Part shown: positions 52,901-63,086 of the stretch, in pieces
Layout: each line of letters begins with the position of its first letter
How positions within the stretch are numbered: position 1 is the first letter of the stretch
NCBI GenBank assembly: GCA_033764955.1
Contig: JANRIL010000048.1
Span: 64,001-128,000, forward strand
Direction of reading: 5' to 3'
Length of the DNA stretch: 64,000 nucleotides
Source of the DNA: Cyanobacteriota bacterium
GTDB taxonomy: Bacteria; Cyanobacteriota; Cyanobacteriia; Thermostichales; Thermostichaceae
Notes under the pieces: model-generated
The model's database searches: none
Told to the model about the DNA's origin: nothing
What the model saw: the letters and a program-made list of their open reading frames with translations, nothing else
Program-made: the position numbers and the translations under genes

Positions 52901-55226
52901 TGCCTTCGTTAATGCTGGCCGTAACCAGTTGAAAACGGGCTTCACTGGCAATAAGAGCTTGTTCCGCAACCTTAGAAGCTGTGATGTCCAACGAGACACC
53001 TGAGAGTTGAACAGCTTTACCAAATTCATTGCGTTTATAGTCTCCTATGCTAATCAACCAATGCACACTTTGATCTGGCCAAACCACCCGATACTCCACA
53101 CAATACTGGGATCCATTTTGCAGTGCTTGATCTTGAGCCTGACTGATTTTCTGATGATCCTCAGGGTGCACACATTGCAAAAAACTTTCAAAATTTACTT
53201 CCTTGGTAGGTGGAATTCCCAGGAGAGCCGCCATTTCTGGTGACCATGATTCTGTTCCTGTTTCTATATCCCAGTCCCAAACCCCCATATGGGCAGCTTG
53301 TAGAGCCAAACTGAGTTTGACCTGCTGATCAATCAACGCCATTTCTGCCTGCCGACGTGCCTGACCAGAACTCATGATCTCACCAGCCGTTTTGGCAAAA
53401 TCAATATCATTGTCCATCCATTCCTGGGGAGATTTTAGTCGTTCCAGAGCTAAAATACCTCTTAATTCCCCTTGATAATGTAAGGGGATATAGAGAATCG
53501 ATTGAATGCCGAGATTATGCCATTCACTATAATTAAATTGGGAAGACTGAGATGAGCTGGGTTCTGTATTATCGACACGAACAATTTGCTGTTGCTGCAT
53601 TTGTCGAAGAATACGTCCGAAACTCACGAGCGATTGATTTTGAGATTGTTCCAATGAAGAAGGGATCCCTGGCTCCGTCCATTCATAGCTTTCTCGAATT
53701 AAACCCTCTTTATTGACATAGACAAATAAGCGAGAGCGATCCGCTTGAATGAACTCAGCAATCTGCTGCAAACTCCCCTGAATAGCTAATTCTAGGTTCT
53801 GTTCTACAAATAAACGAGCGATCCGGCTCAACCGTTTGCTGGCTTCAGTTTGGCGGGTTAAAGCCCTAGTACGCCGCTGTACTCGACTCTCTAATTCGGC
53901 ATTATTGGCTTCCAGTTTTACAAAAGACTGTCGAAGCTGGAGAGCCATCTCATTAAACGACATTGCCAGCAGATCAAACTCTTCAATTCGCTGAGAAGGT
54001 AAGGGTTGCTGCCACTGAGCTGCTGCCATCTTGTGAGTCATTTGACTGATTAAACGGATGGGACGGGTAATCCAATGAGAGGTGGTCATTCCTAATGCGG
54101 TAGCCAACAAGAAAGCAAAGAGACAAAGCGCAAGCGTAATATAGCTATTGCGTTGAATATGTTCAGTAAAATCGGCCTGGGGGATTAAAATCACCACTAG
54201 CCAATCAATCCCTTTGTTGTCTTGAAAGGGGCTGATATGCAAGTAATATCGCTCTTGATCAATCCATAGTTGATGGTGTTGAGATTGACGGATTTTTTCG
54301 AGAGTGGGGTAGTTTTTTTTCAGAAATTGAGCAGCTTCACGGATCCTTAAGTTCCCACTCGATTCGGCTGTCAACCGTTCTAGGGCAAGCCCCAATTTCA
54401 AAACCACTGGATCTGGAGTAGAAATCGCCACTAATAAACCCGAAGGCTCCATGATAAATAGGCTGCCCGATCGCCCAATCGAAAGGCGGCTGAGAAATTT
54501 TTGAATACCCGATAAATGTAGATCACTGCCTGTTACGGCCAATAGTTTTCCTTGGTTGTCATATACAGGTCGAGCTGCCGTAATAGTCAACTCCTGCTCC
54601 AGGAAACTGGGATAAATTTCACTCCAAATAGGGCTTTTTGCTTGTAGTGCTGATTGATACCAGGGGCGTTGACGAGGATCAAAAGGTTGTTCTGAAGTGA
54701 GGACAATATTTTGCCGTTTTCCCTGTGGATCCACACTCCAACGGTTGAGTCGATTATTACCATTATCGGATCCCGCACTGGAAATAACAGGCTTTCCTTC
54801 TAAATAAGTCGCTCCCCGATGGTGACCGTTAGGTTGCCCAATAAAAATAGAATTAACCTGATTAAAATACTGAAGCTGTGTCAGTAGATAGCGATCGGAC
54901 AATGGAATATTTTGCAGATCAAGGGATCCCAATTGCAGTTGTTGAGCATTCAGGTCATTGACTAAGAGTGGATCTGCCACATAATCTTGTAACTGATCAA
55001 GGGTATATTCGGCAATTTCTTCTTGCAGTTGTTCAGCTAAATCATTGATGGCTAACTGTCCATTGCGAAAGGAAATATAGCCGACGACCCCTACCACTAG
55101 AGTAATTTGCGCCATGAAAGGAAGTACCACCACCCACGATAACGGGATCCGCCCTTTGACCATTCCAGCGATTGGCGGGGCACCGGGTAACTTTTTGGGT
55201 AAATTTTTAGGTGCAGCGCTAGCCAT
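49998..55226 (-). CDS. hybrid sensor histidine kinase (Cache, HAMP, GAF, five PAS, HisKA, HATPase, receiver)
   Basis: FDPRQRPWY Cache motif; FLANMSHELRTPLN; NLIGNAIKFT; GTGLGL; VDD..WMDIQMP receiver. Confidence 0.93.
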   Translation of the reverse strand: MASAAPKNLPKKLPGAPPIAGMVKGRIPLSWVVVLPFMAQITLVVGVVGYISFRNGQLAINDLAEQLQEEIAEYTLDQLQDYVADPLLVNDLNAQQLQLGSLDLQNIPLSDRYLLTQLQYFNQVNSIFIGQPNGHHRGATYLEGKPVISSAGSDNGNNRLNRWSVDPQGKRQNIVLTSEQPFDPRQRPWYQSALQAKSPIWSEIYPSFLEQELTITAARPVYDNQGKLLAVTGSDLHLSGIQKFLSRLSIGRSGSLFIMEPSGLLVAISTPDPVVLKLGLALERLTAESSGNLRIREAAQFLKKNYPTLEKIRQSQHHQLWIDQERYYLHISPFQDNKGIDWLVVILIPQADFTEHIQRNSYITLALCLFAFLLATALGMTTSHWITRPIRLISQMTHKMAAAQWQQPLPSQRIEEFDLLAMSFNEMALQLRQSFVKLEANNAELESRVQRRTRALTRQTEASKRLSRIARLFVEQNLELAIQGSLQQIAEFIQADRSRLFVYVNKEGLIRESYEWTEPGIPSSLEQSQNQSLVSFGRILRQMQQQQIVRVDNTEPSSSQSSQFNYSEWHNLGIQSILYIPLHYQGELRGILALERLKSPQEWMDNDIDFAKTAGEIMSSGQARRQAEMALIDQQVKLSLALQAAHMGVWDWDIETGTESWSPEMAALLGIPPTKEVNFESFLQCVHPEDHQKISQAQDQALQNGSQYCVEYRVVWPDQSVHWLISIGDYKRNEFGKAVQLSGVSLDITASKVAEQALIASEARFQLVTASINEGIWDWDLETNDVYFSPQWKSMLGYSDEEIPNLFSSWENLVHPEDIDGALSKVFAHLRGESSALNFEVRMRHRDGSYRWILSRAKITHRDELGNPKRLVGSHTDVTERKITEKSIHDQQTFLNRLIDTSPDLIVVKNWDNHTVLINQTAANFFGKTVQDSLGDTSEAFSAEDWRKWLLETRQVIVSGEDVQTPEECHWDAAGKEQWVQWVKRRIILPATGEPCVLMIGMDITRRKQAEAALAESEAQFRGIFENAPMGITLDTLDGKTLRVNPFLAQLLGYSVDELMPIHFHHYTHPDDVLAEEVLWNDLIAGKRNYYQLEKRCVRKDKQTIWTRLTVALINDQQGSPQLSLGILEDITARKKIEESIRQQREFLVTLLDTSPDLIVVRDRQNRTILANLAYAQFYGLNRNHLINSLESEHLLAEVWQQVILENQQVLSTGQELRSAEENQVNQQGEGRFLQWIKRPMQIPGEDQACVLTIGTDITELKKAEQIQQQAREVAEAANKAKSTFLANMSHELRTPLNAILGFSQLLSRDPHLTDKQKDTVATINRSGEHLLNLINSVLDMAKIEAGKIVLQESAFDLLTMLKTLQEMLNVRAKAKNIYLTFDLDPQLPTALITDENKLRQVLINLIGNAIKFTKAGGVTLQVRQLAKGDPCTIQFAVVDTGMGMTPEELSMLFQAFVQTDTSKKVSEGTGLGLAISREFVKLMGGDIHVTSQKGQGTTFSFPIQARRAEPAQIQDTGSQPKVIGLVAGQPSYRLLIVDDRPENQQVLAELLRLVGLNQIKTASNGQEAIDIWQAWDPHLIWMDIQMPVMDGNEATRYIKAHLGSRSTKIIALTASAFEQDRATILANGCDDFVGKPFRESMIFDKLSQHLGVQFVTESAPPSPSAVASTARELTSQDLAVMPRDWIQELHEAATKLNSKKINQLLAGIPGEHEHLTISLKTMVKKVRYRDLVALTQLSQTE

Positions 55227-55355
55227 AATCCAGGGATCCCCAGGGGTTTGCTAGCAGTATGCCTCAGAAATCTTGAGGTTGAAATCCATCCTGGACGTTC
55301 CTAACTCAACTCGATCCTGAAGGTGATCACCATCGATAGTAGATTGGATAGTCTG

Positions 55356-56399
55356 ATGACAACAGTTACCGTTGGCCAAACCTCCCCCAACCTTTATTGG
55401 ATCCCGCTTGTGACGGCTGCTTTTGATCTGGGAGCACCACGGCAGGCTCAGCTTCTTGACGGCGGGTTAATTCAACAAACCTGGCGATTACAAACCGAGC
55501 GAGGAGTTTTTATTGCTCAAAAGTTACATCCCATTTTTGATGAACGGGTCACTCAGGATGGGCAAATCATTGCAACCTTTCTCCGCCAACAGGGTCTACC
55601 CACCCCCACCTACCTGCTGACAACCACTGGCGAACTCCATACCCACCTACAGGAGGATCCCGTCACCTCGGTTCTCTGGCGGGTGATGAACTGTCTACCT
55701 GGAATCAGTTATCCAAAACCGCCCCACATTGGTTATCTGGAACAAGCCGGAGCCACCACCGCCCAACTGCATCACCTACTGGCTCAACTGGACTATCAGC
55801 CACAATTTCAAATTCCTCATTTTCATGACACCCCCTATATCTGGCAACAACTCCGTCAGCAATCTATCCCTCCAGAAATTGCCCCAGAAGCTGATTTTTT
55901 GCTCTCCAGCGTGCCTAGCCTCTTCATAGAAGGGATCCCTAGCCAACTGATTCACGGCGATCTCAAATTTTCTAATTTCCTGTTTGATGCCGCCGGACGG
56001 GTAAGCGGGCTTTTGGATTTTGATACCGTTATGCGCCATCATCTCTATCTGGAATTGGGGGATGCCCTGCGCTCCTGGACTACCCAGCAATCCCAGATGC
56101 ATCTGCCCGCCCTTGTTGCCAGCCTCAAGGGTTATCAACAGGCTGCTAGTGCCACCACTACTGGAAAAGACTTAGATCAGCAGTTGATTGTGCAGGGTCT
56201 CAAGTTGATCACCCTAGAGCTAGCCATGCGCTTTTTGCAGGATTATTTTGATGACTACTATTGGGCTTGGGATCCCGGCCAATATCCCGACCGAAAATCC
56301 CACAATTTAGCCCGTTGTCGCCAACAAATTGCCCTTTTTCAAGATATCGTCCGCCAAGAATCGAGTATCTATCAAGCTCTGGCTCAATTAAAATATTGA
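55356..56399 (+). CDS. aminoglycoside phosphotransferase / choline kinase-like family protein
   Basis: GLIQQT, IHGDLKFSN Brenner motif, LLDFDT. Confidence 0.87.
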   Translation: MTTVTVGQTSPNLYWIPLVTAAFDLGAPRQAQLLDGGLIQQTWRLQTERGVFIAQKLHPIFDERVTQDGQIIATFLRQQGLPTPTYLLTTTGELHTHLQEDPVTSVLWRVMNCLPGISYPKPPHIGYLEQAGATTAQLHHLLAQLDYQPQFQIPHFHDTPYIWQQLRQQSIPPEIAPEADFLLSSVPSLFIEGIPSQLIHGDLKFSNFLFDAAGRVSGLLDFDTVMRHHLYLELGDALRSWTTQQSQMHLPALVASLKGYQQAASATTTGKDLDQQLIVQGLKLITLELAMRFLQDYFDDYYWAWDPGQYPDRKSHNLARCRQQIALFQDIVRQESSIYQALAQLKY

Positions 56400-56536
56400 G
56401 CTGCTTCATGCGGTAGAAGTTCGTTTTTTTCATCCACGTCAAGATAAGTGGAACGAGCATTTTCAAGTGAATGTTGAATCTGGTGAAATGGCAGACAGGA
56501 GTCTTTGTGGGTGTGGTGACGGTAGAGTATCTAGAA

Positions 56537-56775
56537 GTCAACAACCCCACCCACAAGGGTATAGGGCTTGTGATTCAAGTTCCCATCTCTGGGTAGACCA
56601 CAATAGGCACATTGACTGATGCCCTGAGCTTTAGAAAATCCTCACGAATATTCACCGCAGCGTTGTAATCTCCATGACACTCATACCCACACTTCTTACA
56701 CCGAAATTCAGCCTGAGACGGGCGATTCCCTCGCTCAATATGTCCGCATTGGCTGCATTTTTGCGCTGAATTGAG
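56537..56775 (-). mobile_element. IS200/IS605-family tnpB 3' remnant with right end
   Basis: QKCSQCG...FRCKKCG...DYNAAVNI (zinc ribbon plus RuvC-III); right-end hairpin CAAGCCCTATACCC-TTGT-GGGTGGGGTTGTTGAC. Confidence 0.85.
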
Positions 56776-56888
56776 GACTGCTGCCCACCGCTGATGGGAG
56801 GGGATCCGCCAATCACAAAACCCCATTGATTATTCAATCACTAGAACGGTGAGGGATCCCTTTTCTAGGAAGGTTTACCTGATGATGT

Positions 56889-57299
56889 TTATGCTTTGTG
56901 GAGAACCTGTTTGAAAAGTTGCCCCAAGGTTTTGACCAAACCGGGAGCGGCATCCGGTCTGACCTGAATTTGTTCCAACAATTCATGAAAATCAGCCATC
57001 AGAGATTGCTCAGCGGCACTAATCTGACTGTCTGCCATGATCAAATTGTGGATTGAAGCGGAGAGTTGGGAGCGTTGATCAAGGGTAGCCCCAGCCAGAT
57101 AATCGACAATCCAGCGTTCTGTCTCTGGCAAAGGCACAGGATGATTGAGCAAAGACTGTAGCTCCAGGTTGTCTGCCAAATGATTTTGTCGCAACAATCC
57201 CCGCAAATACTGTTGTTCCACAGGTGCGAGGGTGTCATCCACCCAGGCTGCCCCAATCACAATTTTCAGCAATAACAGTTGGCGATTGTGTGCATCCAT
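56889..57299 (-). CDS. TerB-family protein
   Basis: LKIVIGAAWVDD.L..E and LIMADSQISAAE; paralog of 45052-45498. Confidence 0.8.
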   Translation of the reverse strand: MDAHNRQLLLLKIVIGAAWVDDTLAPVEQQYLRGLLRQNHLADNLELQSLLNHPVPLPETERWIVDYLAGATLDQRSQLSASIHNLIMADSQISAAEQSLMADFHELLEQIQVRPDAAPGLVKTLGQLFKQVLHKA

Positions 57300-57468
57300 A
57301 GTGGGTCAGGGGGAGAGGGATCCCACAATCTCTAGCCTTGTAGGTTGGCTGAGTCGGTCGGGTTGGGATGAGAGAACCTTAGCATTGTCCCGTGGAAAGT
57401 TGATAGCGTGTTAGCAGATCCTCCGGGATTCTGGTTTTTGTCTGGCTCAGTAATAACGGCATCAGTCT

Positions 57469-58479
57469 ATGTCAGTGGCGGTTTTGGTTGAGCATTTACA
57501 CAAGCGTTACGGCGAAGCGGTAGCGGTGGCGGATGTATCTTTTGCCGTAGAAACGGGGGAGATCTTTGGTTTGTTAGGGCCAAATGGAGCAGGCAAAACC
57601 ACCACCCTGCACTGTCTTTGCACCCTGCAACGGGCGGACGCAGGGACAATCCTAGTGGGCGGGATCCCGGTCAATCAACAGCCGCGTGTCGTTCGCCAAA
57701 AACTGGGGTTTGTCGCTCAGGAGGTGGCTCTGGATAAAGTGTTAACGGGGCGAGAGTTGCTGCAACTACAAGCGGATCTCTATCATCTGCCCCGTGCGGT
57801 CGCCAAGTCGCGCATTGCCGAAGTTCTGAAATTGTTGGATTTGACGGAGCGGGCGGATGATCTGACGGGCATTTATTCGGGAGGATTACGCAAACGGTTG
57901 GATCTGGCGGCGGGCTTGCTGCATCAACCGCAGGTTTTGGTGCTGGATGAACCCACGGTGGGGCTGGATATTCAAAGCCGTCTGACCATCTGGAATTTTC
58001 TGCGGCAACTCAAGCAGATGGGCGTTACGGTGTTGATCACCAGTCACTATCTGGAAGAGATAGATATGTTAGCGGATCGCTTGGCGATTATCGATAAAGG
58101 ACGGGTGATTGCCCAGGGATCCCCAGCCCAACTCAAGGCAGAAGTCGGGGGGGATCGGTTGACGCTGAGAATTCAGGAGTTTACTCCCCTTGACCAGGCG
58201 AATCAGGCCGCCACTCTCCTCCAATCCCTGGATTTTGTGCAAAAGATTGTGATCAATCCCGCCCAGGGAAATGCTCTAAACCTTGTGGTCAAAGCGGGGG
58301 GAGGGATCCCGCAGGTGCAGGCCCACCTTGATTCCGTCGGGCTGCCCATCTTCAGCATCAGTCAGTCTCGCCCCAGCTTGGATGATGTCTATTTGGCGGC
58401 CACCGGACAAACCTTAATGGATGCCGAATTAGCCGCAGCAGAAGCCAGTGGCAAAGGCAAATCGAAAAAGTCACCCTGA
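57469..58479 (+). CDS. ABC-2 type exporter ATP-binding protein (DrrA-like)
   Basis: GPNGAGKTT, YSGGLRKRLDLA, LDEPTVGLD, TSHYLEE, PSLDDVYL. Confidence 0.9.
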   Translation: MSVAVLVEHLHKRYGEAVAVADVSFAVETGEIFGLLGPNGAGKTTTLHCLCTLQRADAGTILVGGIPVNQQPRVVRQKLGFVAQEVALDKVLTGRELLQLQADLYHLPRAVAKSRIAEVLKLLDLTERADDLTGIYSGGLRKRLDLAAGLLHQPQVLVLDEPTVGLDIQSRLTIWNFLRQLKQMGVTVLITSHYLEEIDMLADRLAIIDKGRVIAQGSPAQLKAEVGGDRLTLRIQEFTPLDQANQAATLLQSLDFVQKIVINPAQGNALNLVVKAGGGIPQVQAHLDSVGLPIFSISQSRPSLDDVYLAATGQTLMDAELAAAEASGKGKSKKSP

Positions 58480-58524
58480 AAGATTGGCTTATAGAGAACT
58501 TGACCCGTTTGGGGATCCCTAAAA

Positions 58525-60327
58525 ATGATGAGAATGGCTAACCCGATCGGGACTTCTGACCAGCAAGCCCACCACCAGATCCCAGCCCTGTGGCGAATGT
58601 TGCACTATTTGCGACCCTATCGGCAAGAGATCCCTTGGGCCCTGACCCTGGTGGCGATGGGGGCTTTTACCCAGTCCCTTGGCCCTTTTTTAATTGGTTG
58701 GTCGGTGGATCACCTGATTGGGCAAGGGCGTCTTTGGGGCTTGCTCAGCATGATGGTGGCGCTTGCGGCCATCTATATCGCTGGGATTGTAGCGATTCGG
58801 GGGCAAATTCTGCGGGTGGGATCCCTGATGCAACGCCTGTTAACCGCGATGCGCCAAGATCTTTTTCAGAAAATCCAAAGCCTGCCCCTGAGTTATTTTG
58901 ACCGGAGTGAATCGGGCGATGTGATGAGTCGTCTCCTCAACGATGTCAGTGTGGTCAACCAAACCTTTGGGCAGGGGGTGGCGCAAATGCTGGGCAACCT
59001 GTTTAGCTTGGTGGGCATTGTTATCGCCATGTTCGCCATTAACCTGCAACTGGGCATTGTCAGTAATTTTGTTGTGCCTGTGATGATCGTCACTACGGGG
59101 CTTTTTTCTCGGTGGGCACGCAGCCGCTTTCGGGTAACCCGCCAGACCATCGGAGATCTTTCCGTCCGCATTGAAGAAGATTTGGGCAGTGTGCGGGAGG
59201 CACAAGCCTTTAACCGTGTGCAACTGAACATTGATGAATTTAAGCGACTGAATGCAGCCAACCGTGATGCCAACGTCGAAGCCGTCAAAATTACCTCGGC
59301 GTTTTTGCCCTCCATTGACTTTCTCAATACCCTCGCCACCGGAGCTGTCTTAGCCTATGGCGGCTATCTCACCGTATCGGGATCCGCCACCGTCGGTACC
59401 GTGACGGCTTTTTTGCTCTATGTTCAACAGTTTTTCCGCCCCATTCAAATTATCAGTCAATTTTATACCCAGGCTCAGTCGGCGTTGGCGGGAGCCGAGC
59501 GCATCTTTCGTCTCTTGGATGAACCTGCCGCCCTTCAGGACGATCCACAGGCGATAGAACTGCCCCCCATCACCGGAGCGGTTACGTTGGCAGGGGTCTC
59601 CTTCGGTTATCAACCGGATCAGATGATCCTCAAACAGGTCAGTCTCGAAGCAAAACCTGGGCAAATGATCGCTCTCGTCGGGCCAACCGGAGCCGGGAAA
59701 AGCACAATTATCAGCCTGATCCTACGGTTTTATGATGTCCTGGAAGGCTCGGTTCAAGTGGATGGCTATGATGTGCGAACCGTCACCCAGGCCAGTCTAC
59801 GGCGGCAAATTGGTATGGTGCTACAAGATAACCTGTTGTTCAATACCACCGTCGCCGAAAATATCGCCTTTGGCAAACCCACCGCCAGTCAAGCGGAGAT
59901 CGAAGCCGCCGCCCAAGTGGCGAATGTGCATGAATTTATCACCCAGTTACCGGAGGGATATGCCACCGTCTTGGGGGAACGGGGATCCCATCTCAGCCAG
60001 GGACAACGACAACTGATCAGCATCGCCAGAGCGGTCTTAGTGGATCCGCGCATCCTGATTTTGGATGAAGCCACCAGCAGTCTGGACACCCGCACCGAAA
60101 GCCTTGTGCAGGAAGCCCTGGCTCGTTTGTGGGTGAACCGCACCAGTTTTGTGATTGCCCACCGCCTCAGCACTGTGGCTCGTGCCGATCAGGTTTTGGT
60201 GATTCAACAGGGGGAAATTGTGGAACGGGGATCCCATCAAGAATTGTTGGAACATCAAGGGGTTTATGCCAATCTTTATGCCCTGCAACTGGGATCCGTT
60301 AATACCTCCACACTGGCTGTTTTATGA
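58525..60327 (+). CDS. ABC exporter, fused permease/ATPase
   Basis: six-TM domain; GPTGAGKST, LSQGQRQ, LDEATS, IAHRLST. Confidence 0.93.
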   Translation: MMRMANPIGTSDQQAHHQIPALWRMLHYLRPYRQEIPWALTLVAMGAFTQSLGPFLIGWSVDHLIGQGRLWGLLSMMVALAAIYIAGIVAIRGQILRVGSLMQRLLTAMRQDLFQKIQSLPLSYFDRSESGDVMSRLLNDVSVVNQTFGQGVAQMLGNLFSLVGIVIAMFAINLQLGIVSNFVVPVMIVTTGLFSRWARSRFRVTRQTIGDLSVRIEEDLGSVREAQAFNRVQLNIDEFKRLNAANRDANVEAVKITSAFLPSIDFLNTLATGAVLAYGGYLTVSGSATVGTVTAFLLYVQQFFRPIQIISQFYTQAQSALAGAERIFRLLDEPAALQDDPQAIELPPITGAVTLAGVSFGYQPDQMILKQVSLEAKPGQMIALVGPTGAGKSTIISLILRFYDVLEGSVQVDGYDVRTVTQASLRRQIGMVLQDNLLFNTTVAENIAFGKPTASQAEIEAAAQVANVHEFITQLPEGYATVLGERGSHLSQGQRQLISIARAVLVDPRILILDEATSSLDTRTESLVQEALARLWVNRTSFVIAHRLSTVARADQVLVIQQGEIVERGSHQELLEHQGVYANLYALQLGSVNTSTLAVL

Positions 60328-60414
60328 GAGAGCTATTTTGGCGAACAGACCCTCTTGTGATAAAACCTAGGCATTAAAGCTTGTTGGTTCTTCCCCACCC
60401 CCGGAGTTGCTGCT

Positions 60415-61482
60415 ATGCAGAATCGTCTACCCAGCTATCTAGCAACCTATCTGGGGTTGATCCTGACCTTTTGCCTGTTGGTAACGGGGTGCGGAGGATC
60501 CCCAACCGGCGTAGCCAATAGCCCCTTCTCGGACAACATTGCCCCGACAAGTCTAGAAGTGGATCCCAAAGCCAATCCCTCCGCCTACAACATTCAAGTT
60601 CGCTTCCCTGACAACAGCCTGAGTGCGGGTCAGCAACAAATTTTTACAGAAGCCGCCGCTAAATGGGAAACCATCATCACGGGCGATCTACCGGATGTGC
60701 GGTTTATTCGACGGCGGGGAGCGGGGGGCTGTGTTGCCCGCTTTACGGCTCAGGTTGTGGATGATATTTTGATCGACGCCACAGCTCCCAGTATTGATGG
60801 CGTGGGCGGGATCCTGGGGCAAGCTGGCCCCTGTTATCTGCGTAACGACAGCCAGTTAACCATCTACGGCATCATGGAGTTTGACAGTGCGGATTTGGCC
60901 AACCTGCAATCGACCGGATATTTAGATGCCGTGATTCTGCACGAAATGGGGCATGTGTTAGGTCTGGGCACACTGTGGGATACCTTTGGTCTCTTGGAAG
61001 GCAGTGAACCTTTTCCAGTCATTCAACCCACGCCGAATCCTTCTCCCTCCCCCGGTTACAACCCCCGCTACATTGGAGCCTCCGGTGTAGCTCAATACAA
61101 AATCCTGAGTGGGCCGGATGACGATATTCCTGTGGAAGATTGTGAAGATCTGCCGGATGCCCAAAGATCTACCTGTGGAGCGGGGACACGGGATGGTCAC
61201 TGGAAGGAATCGATTTTTGATAACGAATTGATGACCGGATATCTCAATGCCGCCAATGGGGGATCCCGTCCCCTGAGCATCATATCGGCGGGTCATTTTG
61301 CTGATATGGGCTATCAGGTGAATGTAGGAGCGGCAGATGATTATAGTTTGCCAGACGCTAAGCTGGCTCGTCGCCGCGAGTGGGGATCCTGGTTGGCGCT
61401 CCCCTCCGACATCCTGCGCTTTCCCCTCACGCTGGTGGATCGGGACGGCAATGATGTGGGGATTTTAGATAGCCGCCGTTAA
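60415..61482 (+). CDS. leishmanolysin-like (M8) zinc metallopeptidase lipoprotein
   Basis: lipobox-like LVTGC; GGILGQAGP; HEMGHVLG; GHW.E; NELMTG Met-turn. Confidence 0.85.
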   Translation: MQNRLPSYLATYLGLILTFCLLVTGCGGSPTGVANSPFSDNIAPTSLEVDPKANPSAYNIQVRFPDNSLSAGQQQIFTEAAAKWETIITGDLPDVRFIRRRGAGGCVARFTAQVVDDILIDATAPSIDGVGGILGQAGPCYLRNDSQLTIYGIMEFDSADLANLQSTGYLDAVILHEMGHVLGLGTLWDTFGLLEGSEPFPVIQPTPNPSPSPGYNPRYIGASGVAQYKILSGPDDDIPVEDCEDLPDAQRSTCGAGTRDGHWKESIFDNELMTGYLNAANGGSRPLSIISAGHFADMGYQVNVGAADDYSLPDAKLARRREWGSWLALPSDILRFPLTLVDRDGNDVGILDSRR

Positions 61483-61558
61483 GCTGCTGCGGATTCCCTT
61501 TCCCTGGCGAGTCGGTGTTTAATAGCCAATACTAAGCTGTGAAGGGATCCCTTGCCGG

Positions 61559-62506
61559 ATGCGAGAACTCTACCCGCCCATTACGCCCTACCACCAATTC
61601 TCCCTAGCCGTCTCTGATCTACACACCCTCTATGTGGAGGAATGTGGGAATCCCCAGGGCAAGCCCGTGGTGTTTTTGCATGGAGGGCCAGGGGGGGGGA
61701 TCGATCCCATCTATCGGCAATACTTTGATCCTCAACAATGGCGGGTGATCCTATTTGATCAGCGGGGCTGTGGACGCAGCACTCCCCATGCCGAACTGAG
61801 GCAGAACACTACTTGGGATTTGGTGGCGGATATCGAGCGGATTCGAGAGCATTTAGGGATCCGACAGTGGGTAGTCTTTGGGGGCAGTTGGGGGAGTACA
61901 CTCGCTCTGGCCTACAGCCAAACCCATCCGGATCACTGCCGTGGGTTGATCCTGCGGGGGATCTTTTTGCTGAGACGAAAAGAGATTCAGTGGTTTTATC
62001 AGGAAGGAACCAGTTATGTCTATCCCGATGCCTGGGAAAAGTATCTGGAGCCGATTCCCCCAGAGGAACGCCAGGATCTCGTGGCAGCTTATTACCGCCG
62101 TTTGACCAGTGAGGATCCGGCTATTCGCCGCAGAGCGGCGCAGGCATGGTCAGTGTGGGAAGCCAGCACCAGCAAGCTGATCCCCAACCTTGATTTGATG
62201 GCTAAGTTTGCGGGGGAGGCATTTGCTGAAGCGTTTGCCCGCATTGAATGCCACTATTTCATGAACCACGGCTTTTTGGATCCCGATGATCAACTGCTCC
62301 GTCATGTGGAGCGGATCCGCCATATTCCAGGGGTGATCGTGCAGGGGCGCTATGACGTGGTTTGTCCGCCCGTTTCCGCCTGGGAACTGCATCGGGCATG
62401 GCCGGAGGCTGAGTTTCATCTGATCCCTGATGCCGGCCATTCTATGACCGAACCGGGCATTCGCAGTGCTTTGATCGAGGCCACCGATGCATTTATCAAT
62501 TTATAG
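61559..62506 (+). CDS. pip: proline iminopeptidase
   Basis: HGGPGGG, DQRGCGRS, GGSWGS, GRYD, DAGH. Confidence 0.95.
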   Translation: MRELYPPITPYHQFSLAVSDLHTLYVEECGNPQGKPVVFLHGGPGGGIDPIYRQYFDPQQWRVILFDQRGCGRSTPHAELRQNTTWDLVADIERIREHLGIRQWVVFGGSWGSTLALAYSQTHPDHCRGLILRGIFLLRRKEIQWFYQEGTSYVYPDAWEKYLEPIPPEERQDLVAAYYRRLTSEDPAIRRRAAQAWSVWEASTSKLIPNLDLMAKFAGEAFAEAFARIECHYFMNHGFLDPDDQLLRHVERIRHIPGVIVQGRYDVVCPPVSAWELHRAWPEAEFHLIPDAGHSMTEPGIRSALIEATDAFINL

Positions 62507-62537
62507 AGGTTATGAAGGGGCTTGCAAAAAGCTCAGC

Positions 62538-62700
62538 TTAGGATCCCGTCTGGATCGCTCCATCCTGCACCCGAATGAGGCGAGAAGCCTGTTTGGCAAC
62601 ATCTGCATCGTGGGTCACCAAAGCCAGGGTGATGCCTTGCTGATTGAGATCGGCAAGCAGTTGCATAACATCCGCCGAAGTCTGGCTATCCAGGGGTTTC
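62538..62700 (-). pseudogene. C-terminal fragment of a LolD/MacB-type ABC ATPase
   Basis: LDSQTS..VM.LL..LN..GIT..LVTHD..VA..A.R.I...DG.I present; Walker A and signature absent. Confidence 0.75.
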
Positions 62701-62789
62701 ATACTCCTCTGATCCTGAGGATTGTCTGCCAAAGACCGGATAACTCCAGTTAAGATGAGCAAAAGTATTAGTTTTCGGGTATTGCTACT

Positions 62790-63026
62790 ATGGTTGCCTT
62801 CTTTGAATTTCTCTGGTCTGCTTCAGCGGTTTTGTTGATTGTCTTGGTCTTGTTACATAGCCCAAAAGGGGATGGACTGGCGGGCATTGGCGGGCAAGCC
62901 CAGCTATTTTCCAGTGTCAAAAGTGCGGAGCAGAACCTCAACCGTTTCACCTGGACAGTAGCGACCCTATTTTTGGGGATCAGTGTTTTGCTGGGAGCAG
63001 GCTGGCTGACGAAAGCCGTCGGATAA
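62790..63026 (+). CDS. secG: preprotein translocase subunit SecG
   Basis: VLLHSPKGDGLAGIGGQAQLFSS.KSAE..LNR.TW. Confidence 0.95.
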   Translation: MVAFFEFLWSASAVLLIVLVLLHSPKGDGLAGIGGQAQLFSSVKSAEQNLNRFTWTVATLFLGISVLLGAGWLTKAVG

Positions 63027-63086
63027 CGTGCACGCTCAAAGCTGCCTAAATACAACCGAGTAAACCAGTAAGACAGGTTGGGGGAA

